From positions 7,390,149 to 7,454,148 of the forward strand of contig BDGG01000001.1 of assembly GCA_001949185.1 (NCBI GenBank): a stretch of 64,000 bases of DNA. Direction: 5' to 3'. The notes under the pieces were generated by a model. That model was not told the origin of the DNA, ran no database searches, and was given only the letters and a program-made list of their open reading frames with translations. Both the position numbers and the translations under genes were made by a program. Shown here in pieces: positions 37,101-49,829 of the stretch; position 1 is the first letter of the stretch, and every line of letters begins with the position of its first letter. Source of the stretch: Ramazzottius varieornatus (taxonomy: Eukaryota; Animalia; Tardigrada).

Positions 37101-39565
37101 ACTTTCTGCGATTTCCTGCCGATTTCAACCACGTAAGTGGAGAAAAACTTGTCACTTAAGGTATGCGTAGCGTTACTGTAAGTCTGTAATTTCAGTTAAC
37201 TTACGCGTGATCGGTGGTTCAGCAGGCGGGAAATACCGCTCTTCGGTTTCTTCGATGACGGTTGTTTCCGTCGTTGTATCGAGCGGATCTAAAGAGATTC
37301 AGGGAGCATCAATAAGTTACCGGTATATCCGGTTAGCATAAACGTGGACATGGTACGTCACTTACAGAACGGTCGCCGAGGAGGAGCAGGTAACGGCGGT
37401 TGGCGTTTTGGCACAGCGCGTAAAATCAGCTCATTCTCAAGCGACTCCACCACCGAATGGGTTTCCGTCTCCATTTCTGTCGTCAGAGGTTTCGGCGGAG
37501 GCCGCGGTGGAGGCTTGGCCGGTAGCATCGGTATCACCGATCTCGTGATACTCTCATCACTGAGTACCGACACACTACGCATATCATACTGATGCTCCGG
37601 AGACCTCACTGGCGGTGGCGGCTGTTGCGGAATGCGACTAGCCACTAGCGCATGTTCCAACTCCGTCTCTGTGATATCGGTTCTGCAAAATTGCAACGAA
37701 AAGATAATACCACAAATATACAGAATGCATTCTTTGGAAGCTGGGCAAACATACTCGACAAGATAGCGTTCTTCAAGTGGCGCATGTTTGTACTGTTTAG
37801 GGCTAGCAGCGTGCACCACTTTGAAACTTGATCAGGCTGTTTTCCCAAGTGACGCACCTGAAATAGTGCGCCAACTGGGAAAGCAGTCTTATCGAGTCTG
37901 TTTGCCCAGCTCCCTTTTATCAGACCTTGTTTCTCGTTGGAAATCTTGGAACTGTCCCGGAGGTGGTAGATTTAGTGGCGAAGGCGGTCTCGCGGGAATA
38001 GGTGGTGCAAACACAACTGTGTGTTCAACGTCATGATCCGTGATAGTATCCCGAGTCTCGCTCTCGCCTTCAGCGATCTCCGAGCTGGGTGGAAGTGACG
38101 ACGGAACGTTCATCGAAGCTTCTTGAAGTTCGTACCCTCGTGTATGCTGCAAGACGTGGGGTATCCGCATGATTTCCCCTTCAGGAACCACCGGGACGAT
38201 AGGGTAGTCTTCCAGGTGCTGGAGCAGCCCGGACTCACTGGCGTCACTGACGGACGTGGCGGCACGCGGGAGGATGAAGGGGACGGTGGTGCCGGAGAGC
38301 TTCATGACATCGGGCTGTTCAATCAGGACACCCTCGCTCTCGACGACTTTGGCCCGGCGACGACGGATGAAGGCCCAACCGCAGCAGAGGCCGAGGAGGA
38401 GGAGACCCAAAAAGAGGACAGCGGCGATGATCAGCAGCAGCTCCAGCTCGCTGACGCTGGGAGCCGGTACTGGTGGAATGGCAGCGGGAATTCTGAAAAG
38501 AAAAAGTTCTGTGATGTTTTTGCGTTGGTTCTTTCGTTGACCAAACCTCAGTGCGACCATCGGAATAAGTACAATAACGTAGAGAAACGGAGCGTTGATC
38601 CTTCTTTAGCCTGCTTTCACCCCTCTTTGTTCCGTGAGAGCGCATTACTTACTAACCTCACCAAACTTAATGTATGACATGACAAATTTCGCTCAAATCC
38701 GATCTATTTGCTAATTCTTGAATTCAGAAGTCCCTAGTTCCCTATGAGCACTCGTATTTATTAGCAAAATAATGTTTTGAAGTTGTGTTGCAGGCAGTGA
38801 GGACACTTACGGCGGGACAATGGGAACAATGGGAGGCACGACCGGTGGAGGATAGCGACACAAGACCGTCTTCCGTTCGTCACCCAGCAGGATGGCATCA
38901 GTATTTCCATAACGAATCTGGATGGTGTTCTCGAACTCACGAAGGTTGATCTGACGCGTACCGCATTGCTTCAACGGAATCGGGTATTGATAGGTGGTCA
39001 ACCCCGTCCCAAATAGCCAGCAGGCTGTGTCAGCTGCGTTGTTCTCCAGAAAGATCTTCCCACGAAACGGCTCGGCGAAGGTGAAGTTGACCATCATCCT
39101 GGACGACTCACAGGTAAGATCGGCTACCAAAGTAAGACATCATGGATGAAACAGGGCACGTTAAACTAGAGAACTTTCGAAGGAATGCATTCCGTAATCC
39201 CACCTGTTGATCGGACCGTGTTGATCTGACTTTTCAGGCCGGCCAGCGCGTCAATCAAGTTTGGAGCTGGATCTTGTGCCCCTGCGAGATGCATGACCTA
39301 GAGGGAACATCCTTGTGAACATGGGGATTCTTAATCAGACAATACAGTGACAGTCTCGAGGAGACATCCCATCTTGAAGTCAAAAGAGGTCGAAAAGCGG
39401 AAACGACGAAATTTCTGGTGGAGTGTCATTCACAGTGGCGCATTACGTCATCGCGCTGATGCGACCGCAGTGACATCACACCGTGTCCCGTCTCATGACA
39501 ACTGCAAAGACAACTCGACGATTTACCAGAAAGATGCAGAACCATGCTCCCTTGGACAACTCCAT
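34185..39565 (-). CDS. Type I membrane protein with a ZP-N domain and a long Pro/Thr-rich cytoplasmic tail (papillote-like), multi-exon
   Basis: Signal peptide MELSKGAWFCIFL/VMHLAGAQ; ZP-N exon ~38810-39125 (LTCESSRMMVNFTFAEPFRGKIF...CGT...DERKTVLCRYP); TM SELELLLIIAAVLFLGLLLLGLCCGWAFI followed by RRRR; tail exons with TTTETxIERxxEyY repeats; stop after ...SQQEL. Confidence 0.82.
36560..36970 (-). repeat. Degenerate coding repeats (PxPITTTxTETxIERxxExYP, 4-5 copies)
   Basis: Visible in the translation of ORF 36475-36975. Confidence 0.8.
37737..37913. repeat. Palindromic intronic element, two units (second shortened)
   Basis: GGAAGCTGGGCAAACATACTCGACAAGAT...AAGTGGCGCATG...GTTTGCCCAGCTCCC, in an intron of the ZP gene. 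Confidence 0.85.
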
Positions 39566-42500
39566 CGCTCGAGGCAATCGCGGTCTCATTTTGGAACCTG
39601 GAAAAAAGACGAAACTAAAATATTACAGCGCTAAGGCTGTTGAGCTGCTGGCGTCGAATGGTTAATCCGTCTAATCGTCCCAAATTACCCACTCTTTTCG
39701 CCTTCAGCACGGGTTAATCCCTGGACAAATCCGCTAAACAGCCATAAGCAGACAGTCTCACATTCACAAAAGTTGAGAACCCGGAATGAATATTCATACG
39801 GTAAGTAGAGACATTGGCTACATTGTTCTCGTGTAACCGGAAGAGGTAGGTGCTACCATAAAACCGAAGGTGCAACCTGGCTCACGGTCTTGCGCTACAC
39901 CAAGCACCTTGCATGCTGATGTCGGAAATCCAATCAGCACAGCAACAAGCTACACAAGCAGCAGCTACAGGCTTACAGTATCGAGCCCTGGGTTAACATC
40001 CGTCTACGGTACTTTGCGCGCGCAGTCGTTTCCTCGTTACTGACATGTAATTAGTGCAGGTAGACATTCATAGGAGTTCTTGACTCGTGCCACGACTTTC
40101 CGCTGTAATTTACCTGCAAATTTTAGCTAATGGTGCTGACTGTGTTATAGGAAAAGCCATTGCGCGAAGAAATTAGCCAGCTGTTGGTAAACGGTCGTCA
40201 GAAGTTCCCTATAAGGAAAGTCTGTGGCAGACTCGCAAGGTTCGTACGGTTCGTCGACATATTTCTGGTCAGGGCTATGCAATTATGACGCCACCGTATG
40301 CCTGATTAATGCGACTGTTATTTTCCGTCGCTTTGGCAGGTACTTCGATGGCTGGCTAAAGACTCTACACGTAAGGTTTGAAACTTCAAAGTGTAGTAAT
40401 AACAAGCAGCGAAGCAAAACGACCATTTGTTTAAAGGCAGTTTTGTCCCTTGCCGATACCGATGGCTGTCCAACAGTCTGTCTTGTCGGAGAGAGATATT
40501 GTTGGGCAATTGTATCAGACAATGCCGGTGGACACTCGCAGTCAACAGGTGTCTGTTGTACAAAAACAACACTAGCCTGTCGCACGACCGCTGTTCATTA
40601 ACGAAGAACTCCAAGTAAAAAGCAGTTGAGTTAGTCTTTTCTTATGTTATTTTTAATGAAGAGAAAGCAGGAAGCATACAATTATACCATCTGAACTGAA
40701 TTTTTGTTAAAATTAAGACATAATGGAACTTGACGAGCAGCCTCGAAATTTTACTTAAGTGGCGCGTGTTGTCATTGTCATTGGTCGGAAAGGTGCGCCA
40801 CTTGAGACAGCAACGTTCCGGTCCTGTTCCGAAATTATTATATCAGATTTACGAATTTGCCAAGTTTTTCTGCAGGAGTAAGACTTGTTGAACTGAGTTT
40901 CGAAACAGATAGAAGAACTTGTTTGATTTTTCTGCGAATTAGGCGGAAGCTTTCGTGTGAACGTCTGTTGCAAACAAATTTCAAACAATACCTTTGTTGT
41001 TTTACACAGGATCTGCGAGCTATTGATACCGACCGCATGATGTAAAGAAAATACATAGACGAGTTTTCTGAGTGTTTGAGGACGAGCTGGGAAGAGACAA
41101 ATGTTGCTGATCAAAACATATCTCTGTTTCAAAATATACAGGGTGCTGGAGCACATAAAGAAAAACTCTTCATGTGGTGGGTTTTTCTTGCGTGAAAAAG
41201 TGCCAAGTCGTCGAACTTCATCGCCACTTTTCCAAATCATTAAAATCCTACACTCGTTCGCATTGCCTGACTCGAACGCTGCTCAGTCTTTTCGTAAAAG
41301 TTTTTGCATTTTCCTCGATTCATCCGCTTAAAATATAATAAAAGATCTGAACAAAATAACCAGATCTCCGCATCGAAAATCAACAAATCAAGTTTAACTA
41401 CTGTTTTGGCTCTTTCGAAAAATCTTTTCTGTTGAATTCAAACTTTATTTTAATAGACGTTGAGAACAAATATCAGCCTGAGTTGGGAAGTGGAAATTAG
41501 CGACGTCATCCTCATTGTTGAAGAGGACAATTGGCATATTAAGTAAATCATCATGACGATCTCGACATGATGAATGTCGCTGTCAAGTACCTTACGGAAT
41601 CTTCACACGAATAATATGCTCTTCCGTGAGCTTTCTAGGTCAGTAAGTTTTGTTGGAAATAATCGAGTCAAAACAAGCAGAATTAGGTTATAAAAAAAGT
41701 CTGACAAGCCGAGCCTCGCTGCTCTTCGGCCACCTGCCAAAAAGACTCAAGCTACACAACACTGAAGCAACGACTAACTTTATCGAGGAACGGCTTAATA
41801 TCACGCAAAGATTTCCATCTGAGAATTACCCGTAGCAGGGAACGTGACGAGTAAAGAGAAGCGAAATCCTGTCGGTTTTTTTACGAATTTTTTACGTCTG
41901 TGGCCGCACTTACGTCTTTTCTTTGGTCTGTGCGCGCGTGGTTATTCCAGTTGTAGAAGGGTTTATTGTGACCACATTATATTATTCCAGATATCTTGAT
42001 TCCGATGGATGCGGCGTACGATGCTGAAGAGGAATTTCCACAGATATCACAGCAAGATTAATCAAGAAGTGAATAATCCCTTGGGTGGTGTTGCTGCCCG
42101 ACGCCAACGACCAGCCCGCATGCGCCCACAGTTTCGATTTCAGCGTCGTTTTGAAACTTGACTAATGCATATATTGTTATTTAGGCGGTACTTCGCATCA
42201 TAACGATGGCTGGCGTCGCTGACTTCCATAACAGTAGGCGAGCAGAACCACGAGGAAAGTATGAGTTTGTCCCTTCCGGGCATGCATGGCTCTCTGTGCG
42301 ACGTTCGGCTCACAATGCGCCATGCTGGAAAACGTCCATTAAAATCAGATTGAATTCTGTCGGCACAGTACAACACACAGAGAAGAATATGACCGTATAT
42401 GTTGTGATGATCTAATTCGGAAATATCAAACTACTGACTTGAGCGTTCTCGGGCGTTGTACTAAAATCCAAACTGTACCTGCTGATGTGTTCGACAGGTG

Positions 42501-43090
42501 GGGAAACTGACAAACAGATTGTGCAAGGGTGTACCATCACGCTAGACTACCTTAAACAAAAGTACCGGCCATGAATGCATTTGTCCGTGAACGGTTCATC
42601 ACACTTTACAACAGCAGCCAGAAAAGCTGGTTCCGCAAGGAAGCCTTGCACGACCGAAGACACATTCACATCTCCGTCCTTCTTTGTTAGATACTCCTCC
42701 TTCGCTCAAGTCGCGCATACGTCACTGCGGCACCATGCTAAGCTAAGGCACCGCTGTGAGGCTTTGCGCGAAGTGATGTGGGTACTGGTTAGTCTATCCA
42801 GTATTGTATTCAGTGTTTGTTACATACAGCGCGCGTCAGTGGGATTTCAAGCATGACGGCACGGTCAGACTACCGGCAACTTTAATGATGATTGGAGATT
42901 CAGAAGTCTTCTTCTTTCACAGATAAACAAAAACTGAAATGAGATACCACACCCGAAATACTAGTTTTTACAATGAGGGAGAAAGGTCGTTGAACACTAA
43001 TGACTTTGCGCTCATTTAAGGCGGAGTCCGGGCAGTAGGAAATTTTGGAACACCAAAGAATATCTGCTGGAGGACCAATCGGGTATTTTT

Positions 43091-43960
43091 CTACAGGACT
43101 GCGTTGGAGATTGAAGTGGTGGTAGTCATCAGTCTGTCCTTGCACTCTGGGTCGTAGACGATAATCTTTTCCTTAGGAGAGACTGGGTGTTCCACTCGCG
43201 CGCAGCACAGGCTGTCTTCGGTCAAGATGGACGGAGCAGGCCCTTTCAAGACCTGACGAGGTCCGTAGGAGTTTTGCGAGCTGTATGCCAACGAGAAGAC
43301 ACCGACGCGAAGTCCCGGAGATGAGAGTGGTTGGTTGTATCGGCGACCTGCAAAATATAGAAAGTCATCTCCAGCGCATTTTTCTCACTAATCTTCCTAG
43401 AAAAGTCGGTCTGATTCTTTGGTCTAGTGGTTTAACTAGTAAATAGGTATAAGATGTGAGTAGTAGTAACTGTACGATGGTATAGTTCGTCAAGATGATC
43501 CCCTAGTTCTCCATGATTTCTTGGGCGGCTAGGAAACTGTCTTTTGATTTGCCCCAGGGCACGTTTAAGACGACGGTGTACACGATAAAAAGTCGGACTT
43601 ACACATTTCGCTGCCAATGGAGACGGAGGTTTCGTTCAGGACGGTGGACAGTTGGGCGTTCTTCCCCATGAACTTCAAACCCATCTCGCGACAAAAGTCA
43701 GGACAGTCAGCAGTGCGCTTCTTGCAGTCCTGGTCCAGGTTGCACGAGGCATATCGTCGGTAGGCCAGCGACATCAGCTTGACTCCAGGCGAAGTCCCAT
43801 TCTCCAGAGTGTGGATGGTGCAGACACAACGAGGAAAGGCAAAACCTGAGCGATCCAGTTCTTTGACTGACCGTTCCAGCGTCCGTAGGGAAGGAATGGC
43901 TCCATGGGCAAGACTGGCGACGGTCGCTAACACGCACACTGGGATCACGGAGGAAAGCAT
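43091..43960 (-). CDS. Two-exon secreted cysteine-rich protein of unknown family (~204 aa)
   Basis: Exon 1 43603-43960 (signal MLSSVIPVCVLATVASLAHGA) ends at gtaagt. Exon 2 43091-43347 follows a ttttgcag acceptor and joins in phase (GSEM/CRRYNQ...LCCARV...). Ten Cys in the mature chain. Confidence 0.8.
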
Positions 43961-45106
43961 GGTACCGAAAATTCTCACTTTACTGGTATGGTTTAGGCAA
44001 ATTAAAATGATGGAATGAAACTGTGGAGTATTGTCGAGTCGCATCTCCGAGGTTTATGTATGTTTTTCGGCAAGGCCATCTCTCGTGGAACCCGACAAGA
44101 GTACTCGACCTACCCGAAAGTGATCCTTTCACAGACCTTGAATTTTCGTCTCATGGCTAGGTCACCCAGTTGTTGCTTGCACAAGTGGATACATTGTCGA
44201 AGTGGCCTGCTGTATTGGTTTACCTGCTGTGAAACTCGAGATGTTGTCGATTGCATTGTAGTGGACATGCGTTGATCCGGAACACCTCCTCGGGGGTCCG
44301 ACGCGGGATATCAACCCCACTCTTTATTACGTCGATACCTAAATCTCGCTGACTGTATCCCAAAAAGTAACCGGATCATTTCGGACGCTGCCCTGCCCAA
44401 AATGGCGATATGTGAGGTTTCAGTTTCTTTGGGCGGCAAGAGATGAACCAATGGCCACTCGGTTGCAGGTGGCGCCTCCAAACGCACCACACTGTGGTAA
44501 CAACATACCGTACAGTTGTAACCCTACGGTGCATACCTGGCGTATCATGTGTAGCGACCAATATATCGGCTCGGACCGCACCGAAACCGCGGACCGAATT
44601 TGAACTGCGCTATCTTCTTCGATTTTGGATGGCTTGTTTTTTCTTCGCGTTCGTTCCATAGCTCGGAATTTTCTTCAGAGTCTGAGCATCACATGGTTTC
44701 TCCACCACGGTCCACAGTTGACCATCATTGAACATTCCCTCGTTGTTTTTGGAAGGAGGGTTTAGCGGTTGTGTCCCTGTGGAAGAGCAGAATCGATCCA
44801 GTCCAAGCCAAGCTTGTGGCTTGCCTCGAGTATTCATTCGACCATGTCAGGTAGAAATTAATTCTCCCTTCTTCGTTCCATTTCTGTTTCTGTTTGGGAT
44901 CTACGGTGGGTTTTCAGAGTGACGAGCAACGAGCAGGTATTTGAGAAAAACTGTAACGTGCTCGTGGGGTTTATTTGCGTGACGTGCAGTCTTGTGACCG
45001 AGAATTCTTATGTTGAATGTTTATTCATGCTGTCTGCCTCGTAGGATTCGCTCAACAACTCGTCAAAAAGTTCAGATTCTTGACTGACTCTGGCATTGGA
45101 TCAAGC

Positions 45107-48100
45107 ATGGACGATAATATCCTCACTACCGGAAACGACGTGGTTGATGGAGGAAATGCAGAGAACATGCGGATGGACATCTGTCGCACTCCTCCAAGCT
45201 CGGTAAGGAAACATCGAAAATATTCGAAGTTGAAGGTGATGTAGTACTCGAGGGATAAAAGCTAAATCGGCCACCCGTGGTTTACTGGTGTGACGTCACA
45301 AGGTACACAAGTGAATCCGGGTGACTGATTCATTTTTCTTGCCACTTTTTGTCAATGATGATGAGACGAGTTGATTGATCTTGATTGTTCGTTCTTTGCT
45401 TTTTTATCAGAAATTTGGTGTAAATATGCATGTCCTGTTTTTCCAGCCCATCCTCGCGAGGAAGAAGCACTACACCAGCCCAGTGAAGTCTCCTGACCGT
45501 TACATTCCTCAGCGCGAGCCTCGTCGATGGAGGATAGCTTACAACTGTGTGGGCAGTGAAGAGCGCACAGCCAAGACTACGGGTACCACTACCAACCGAG
45601 ACGACTCGAAGGAAGGCGCTGAAGCCAGTCAAGCTCTGTATCAGAAGCTCCTCCGGAATGAAATCATGGGAGCTGATATGCCTGAAATTATGGACGAATG
45701 CGAGAACCAGGGCCATTGTGGCATCATACAGTCTACCTCATTAAACACCTCGGGTCTTTCAATCACGTCCAGCCCGTCTAGTGGACAGACGAAAAGTTCC
45801 AAGCGAAACGTTTTTACCGTAAGAAGCATTCGTGTTCCATTTACCAATATTTTTACTGAATGATGAGTTCTTTCCTTTCAGTATTCCCCAAAAAAACCTT
45901 CCGAGAGACTAGTTTCCTCCAGCTCGCCGTTTTCGTTGTCACCGCTGAGCGAAAAGAGCTGTCAGATGCTTCGTCAACCCCGAAAGGTGAATTCATCGTG
46001 CTTCAAAACGTATCTGGATGTTCTACCTTCGCGAAGGAACTTTAGTTCGTATACTGTACTTTTTGTTCAGGTTGGGCGGAAGATACCGAAAGTTCCATAC
46101 AAGGTTTTGGACGCACCGGAACTGGTCGACGATTTCTACCTGAATCTTGTCGACTGGTCCAACCTCAACGTGCTAGCTGTCGGCTTGGGCACTTCTGTGT
46201 ATCTTTGGAGCGCAAATAATAGTTCCGTAAGTACCACCATGAAAAACATTTCCTGTTGAAGACCGCATTTTTCGTTCGAACTGAATATTCGGGCCGAGCG
46301 AAGCGAGGCCCTTTTAAGTCTGTCGAGATTTCAATGGACGATCAGATTGTTCGAGCTTTCAGATATCGCAACCTCTGTACTGAAAACAAGTGCGCAACTT
46401 GATCCGAGTAGTAAAAGTTTTTACTCGCAAAACTTTGTGCATCTTTGCTTCTGCTCGGCCTTCCCAGTGGTCAGAACCACTAGCTAGTTATTATGGGGTG
46501 TCTTTCAGGTGACACGGTTATGCGATCTTCAGCTGGATAGTAACGCCGTCACGTCGGTCAGCTGGTCAGAACGAGGCCATTTTGTGGCTGTTGGCACCAA
46601 CAAAGGTCCCATTCAAATATGGGATGTACAAGCCCAAGAACGAGTGACTACGTTGTCGTATCATGCAAACCGTGTCGGTATGTTCTGACAGTTTCTTTGC
46701 CACCCTTTTACTGTGTGCCTGATAGGACGAGTGTAGGACATTCTTAATTTTTCTTACGTGTAGGCGCTTTGGCTTGGAACGGTGACGTGTTAGCATCGGG
46801 CAGTCGCGATCGATGCATCTACCTCAGCGACCTGCGCGAACCTCCAGTCTACCAGCGTCGGAAGTTCAAAGCCCATAACCAAGAGGTACGAATAGAAATC
46901 CTAATTTAAAGTTCTGACAAAGTAAAATGTTCCTTCCGGCACGAAACTGAAACGGCGAAACGATGTGGGAGCTCGGCAGACAAACTCGGGTCACTCGACA
47001 ATATTGTTTACCCGAGTGGCTCACGTCGTCAATGTTATTGGTTTTCAGCGTGCGCCACTTGGGGAAACCATCTTGTCGAGTTTGAATGTTTGTTCAAGTG
47101 ACGCATGTTTCCAGTGTTGTAGGCTGGACGTGTGCGTCAGTTGGCGAAACGATCTTGTCGACTTTGAGTGTTTTCTTAAGTGCACGTTGTCAGTGTAACT
47201 GGTTGAAAGCGTGCGCCACGTGGAAAATTTAGTTTGCTCGAGTTGGCTTGCTTAGGTTACATGCGAGAGACTGGAAGCAGAAGCGCTCACTTTTTCATAT
47301 CTGTTACTTGCAGGTTTGTGGGTTGAAGTGGTCGCCCGATCACATGTACCTCGCTTCCGGTGGTAACGACAACAAGCTCTTCGTGTGGGCCCACAATGCC
47401 AGTACGGAGTGTTCACCTGTCCAGACCTACACCGACCACTGCGCAGCCGTCAAGGGCATCGCTTGGTCGCCTCACCATCACGGTCTTCTGGCCAGTGGTG
47501 GTGGGACAGCCGACCGACACATCCGCTTCTGGAACACGCTGACGGGTCAGGCACTCAACTCGATCGACACGGGCTCGCAGATCTGTAACCTGGCGTGGTC
47601 GAAACACTCGCAGGAGATCGTCAGCACGCAAGGCTACTCTCAACACCAGATTCTCCTGTGGAAGTACCCGACGTTGACACAGATAGCAAAGTTGGGAGGC
47701 CATACAAACCGCGTTCTTTTCTTGGTAAGGAAACTTGCAAAAGAGAAATTCGAGTAATTAAAAGGGAATATATTCCGAATTAAGAAGCTCGGTAAACAAG
47801 CGCGACCAGATCGGTTTTTTTCAGGTGGCGCGAGCCTCCAGCCAATAACATTGAAATAGTGCTCCGCTTGTGATGACTACATCGTCGAGTTTTCCAAGTG
47901 GCACAAGCTTTCACGCAGTAATAGTGACAACCTGCGCCACGTGGAAAATCGATCTAGTCGAGTTTGTTTGGCGAGCTTCTATTTTGTTTGACATCGGTTT
48001 AATTGTTTGATATCGATAATTTCTGAGTTTCTTCCGCTAATTTGTAGGCTCTTTCGCCGGATGGTGAGTCGATCGTTACAGGAGCTGGCGACGAAACCCT

Positions 48101-48182
48101 GCGTTTTTGGAACATTTTTTCGAAGTGTCGATCGAATAAAGATCGGCGATCTTCGTTGGATATTCTGAATGCTTTTCGATGA
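45107..48182 (+). CDS. FZR1: Fizzy-related / Cdh1, WD40 APC/C co-activator, multi-exon
   Basis: C-box DRYIPQR; RKIPKVPYKVLDAPELVDDFYLNLVDWS; VCGLKWSPD...LASGGNDN; AAVKGIAWSPHHHGLLASGGGTADRHIRFWNT; GAGDETLRFWN; C-terminus ...LNAFR*. Confidence 0.95.
46968..47246. repeat. Palindromic intronic element, three hairpin units
   Basis: GGGAGCTCGGCAGACAAACTC followed by three AAGTG..CACG...CGTGCGCCAC units of ~80 bp. Confidence 0.85.
47783..47980. repeat. Palindromic intronic element, two hairpin units
   Basis: AGAAGCTCGGTAAACAAG...GAGTTTGTTTGGCGAGCTTCT in the last Fzr intron. Confidence 0.82.
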
Positions 48183-48551
48183 AACAACATTACCTTGCTG
48201 TGATTTTGACGTTTGTCGTCCCGTTTTGTTTTTGCTCTCGACTAACTCGGTGTTTTTGTACTTACCTTTGGCTACCGATTATGCTGATATGGAGAGCGCT
48301 TCGCTCTTTACAACTGATTACATTGCATTCATATTTGGAACTTACAGATGGATTTTTGTTTCAAAGTTTTTCCGATCTTGCAGGACGGAATTGCGGACGT
48401 TTCGTACGGATGATCCTTTATCTTAGCCTCACAGCTTGCTTCTTTGCTTTTGCGTTGTTTTACAGAATAGTAAATTTTTATCTTCCATAAAATACGACGC
48501 TCCGAAAATTCCTAAACTGGATTTCAGCTTTCCATTTAGTAAAACAAGAGG

Positions 48552-48787
48552 TATATGGGCTGTGGGCAAGGTTCCTCAAAAGTCTGGGGTCATAGCGTAG
48601 AGGCACAGCTGATGAAATCTGAGAAGGGCACGGGAAGGTTTCGGGTTTTTCTTGAAAATTCTCGGCCTCCACATGGCAAGCCCCTACCCCTACCCCTGGG
48701 CTACCCTACCCCCTGCCTAAATTTCCTCGACTATGCCTCTACGCCGTGACCCCAGACTTCTGAGGAACTCTGCCCAGACTCCATATA
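48552..48787. mobile_element. MITE-like fold-back element with ~60-70-bp imperfect TIRs and TA ends
   Basis: TATATGGGCTGTGGGCAAGGTTCCTCAAAAGTCTGGGGTCATAGCGTAGAGGCA versus the reverse complement of the right end, TATATGGAGTCTGGGCAGAGTTCCTCAGAAGTCTGGGGTCACGGCGTAGAGGCA. Confidence 0.8.
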
Positions 48788-48845
48788 AAGGTACATAACC
48801 CGTAAAAAAACATAAGGGGATAACTAGAGAGCGCAACGAGACATT

Positions 48846-49394
48846 TTAGATTAACAACTTTTCTATCTGAGACTGCAAGTCTTGAATCTGTGACTTCAGC
48901 TGGGATCCTTCGCTAGCCAAGACGGCGCAGGCGATGACAGGTCGCGACACTCCGCAAGCTCGGCCCAGAGCTGCCTTAGAACGAACAAAGATGTAGGGAA
49001 CGTTCTTATCTTCGCAGAGAAGGGGAAGGTGCAGCAGAATCTCCAGAGGTTTGGCATCGGCTGACAGGACGATCAGCTCGGCGATGCCTCTGTTCAGGGC
49101 TTTGGTAGCTACAATCAATCAAACTACATCAATCAACGCCATACAGTAATGATGAGATACGGCGTAAACTTACCTTCATTGGCTCCTTTCTTCAGCTGCT
49201 TGTAGCTGACGGCCTGCTGGCAGACGTTCATCACTTTATTGGTCAGGGTGGGATCGGCCAGGGGATAAGCCTTCGGGTTAACTTCCCCTTCTGTCTCAGC
49301 CTACAAACCAGCGAAGAATACTGGATCATAAGCATCATTGACTGGTAATGTGATAGTGCCTAAACAGAACACAAATCATCGTACCACCTACCAT
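48846..49394 (-). CDS. SNU13: 15.5K/Snu13 (NHP2L1) K-turn-binding snRNP/snoRNP protein, three coding exons
   Basis: ATG-only first coding exon (49392-49394, then gtaggt); exon 2 [16 protein letters not shown]...[10 protein letters not shown]; exon 3 [58 protein letters not shown]. Confidence 0.97.
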
Positions 49395-49829
49395 CTTGCA
49401 CGATTGACAAGTTGTCCTACTAGCTTACAGCGGGATGATCCTGGTACGATGGGTTGATAAGCGACGATAACCCAGAACTTCTAGGCCGGCGGAAACAACT
49501 GAAAGAAACGAAGATGGCGAAAACAGAAAACTCTAGATTTCAGAATTGCTGAAGTGTTGCAATCGACGGTGACGTCAGACCAGCGGAACGGATGGTCCGC
49601 TAAGCTTCATACTCCGAAGCGTGGATAGCCAGAAATCGAGCACTGGAGTAGGCGTATGGTCAATAAACGAGTAAACGCCTTGGAAAGCTGCCGGGGCTTC
49701 CTCCCAAAATTCCCTGCTGATTCGGAGGATTTGTCCAAATCTCCCCTTGACCTAAGTCCGACTGCCATTCCCACTGTCCGCCCCCAGGACTACTACTCCG
49801 TTAACCGCTGATTGATTTTTAGAATTCAG

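Noticed and set aside
41134-41160. TATACAGGGTG Tc1-like terminus
   Set aside because: No matching inverted end found nearby.
45291-45298. TGACGTCA (CRE) in Fzr intron 1, with others at ~51203 and ~51411
   Set aside because: An 8-mer can occur by chance in 64 kb; no functional support from sequence alone.
46968-47246. Tandem palindromic units with variable middles, superficially CRISPR-like
   Set aside because: The loops are homologous to one another (TTTCAGTGTTATTGGCTGAAA-like) rather than unique spacers, arrays have at most three units, there are no cas genes, and the context is eukaryotic introns.
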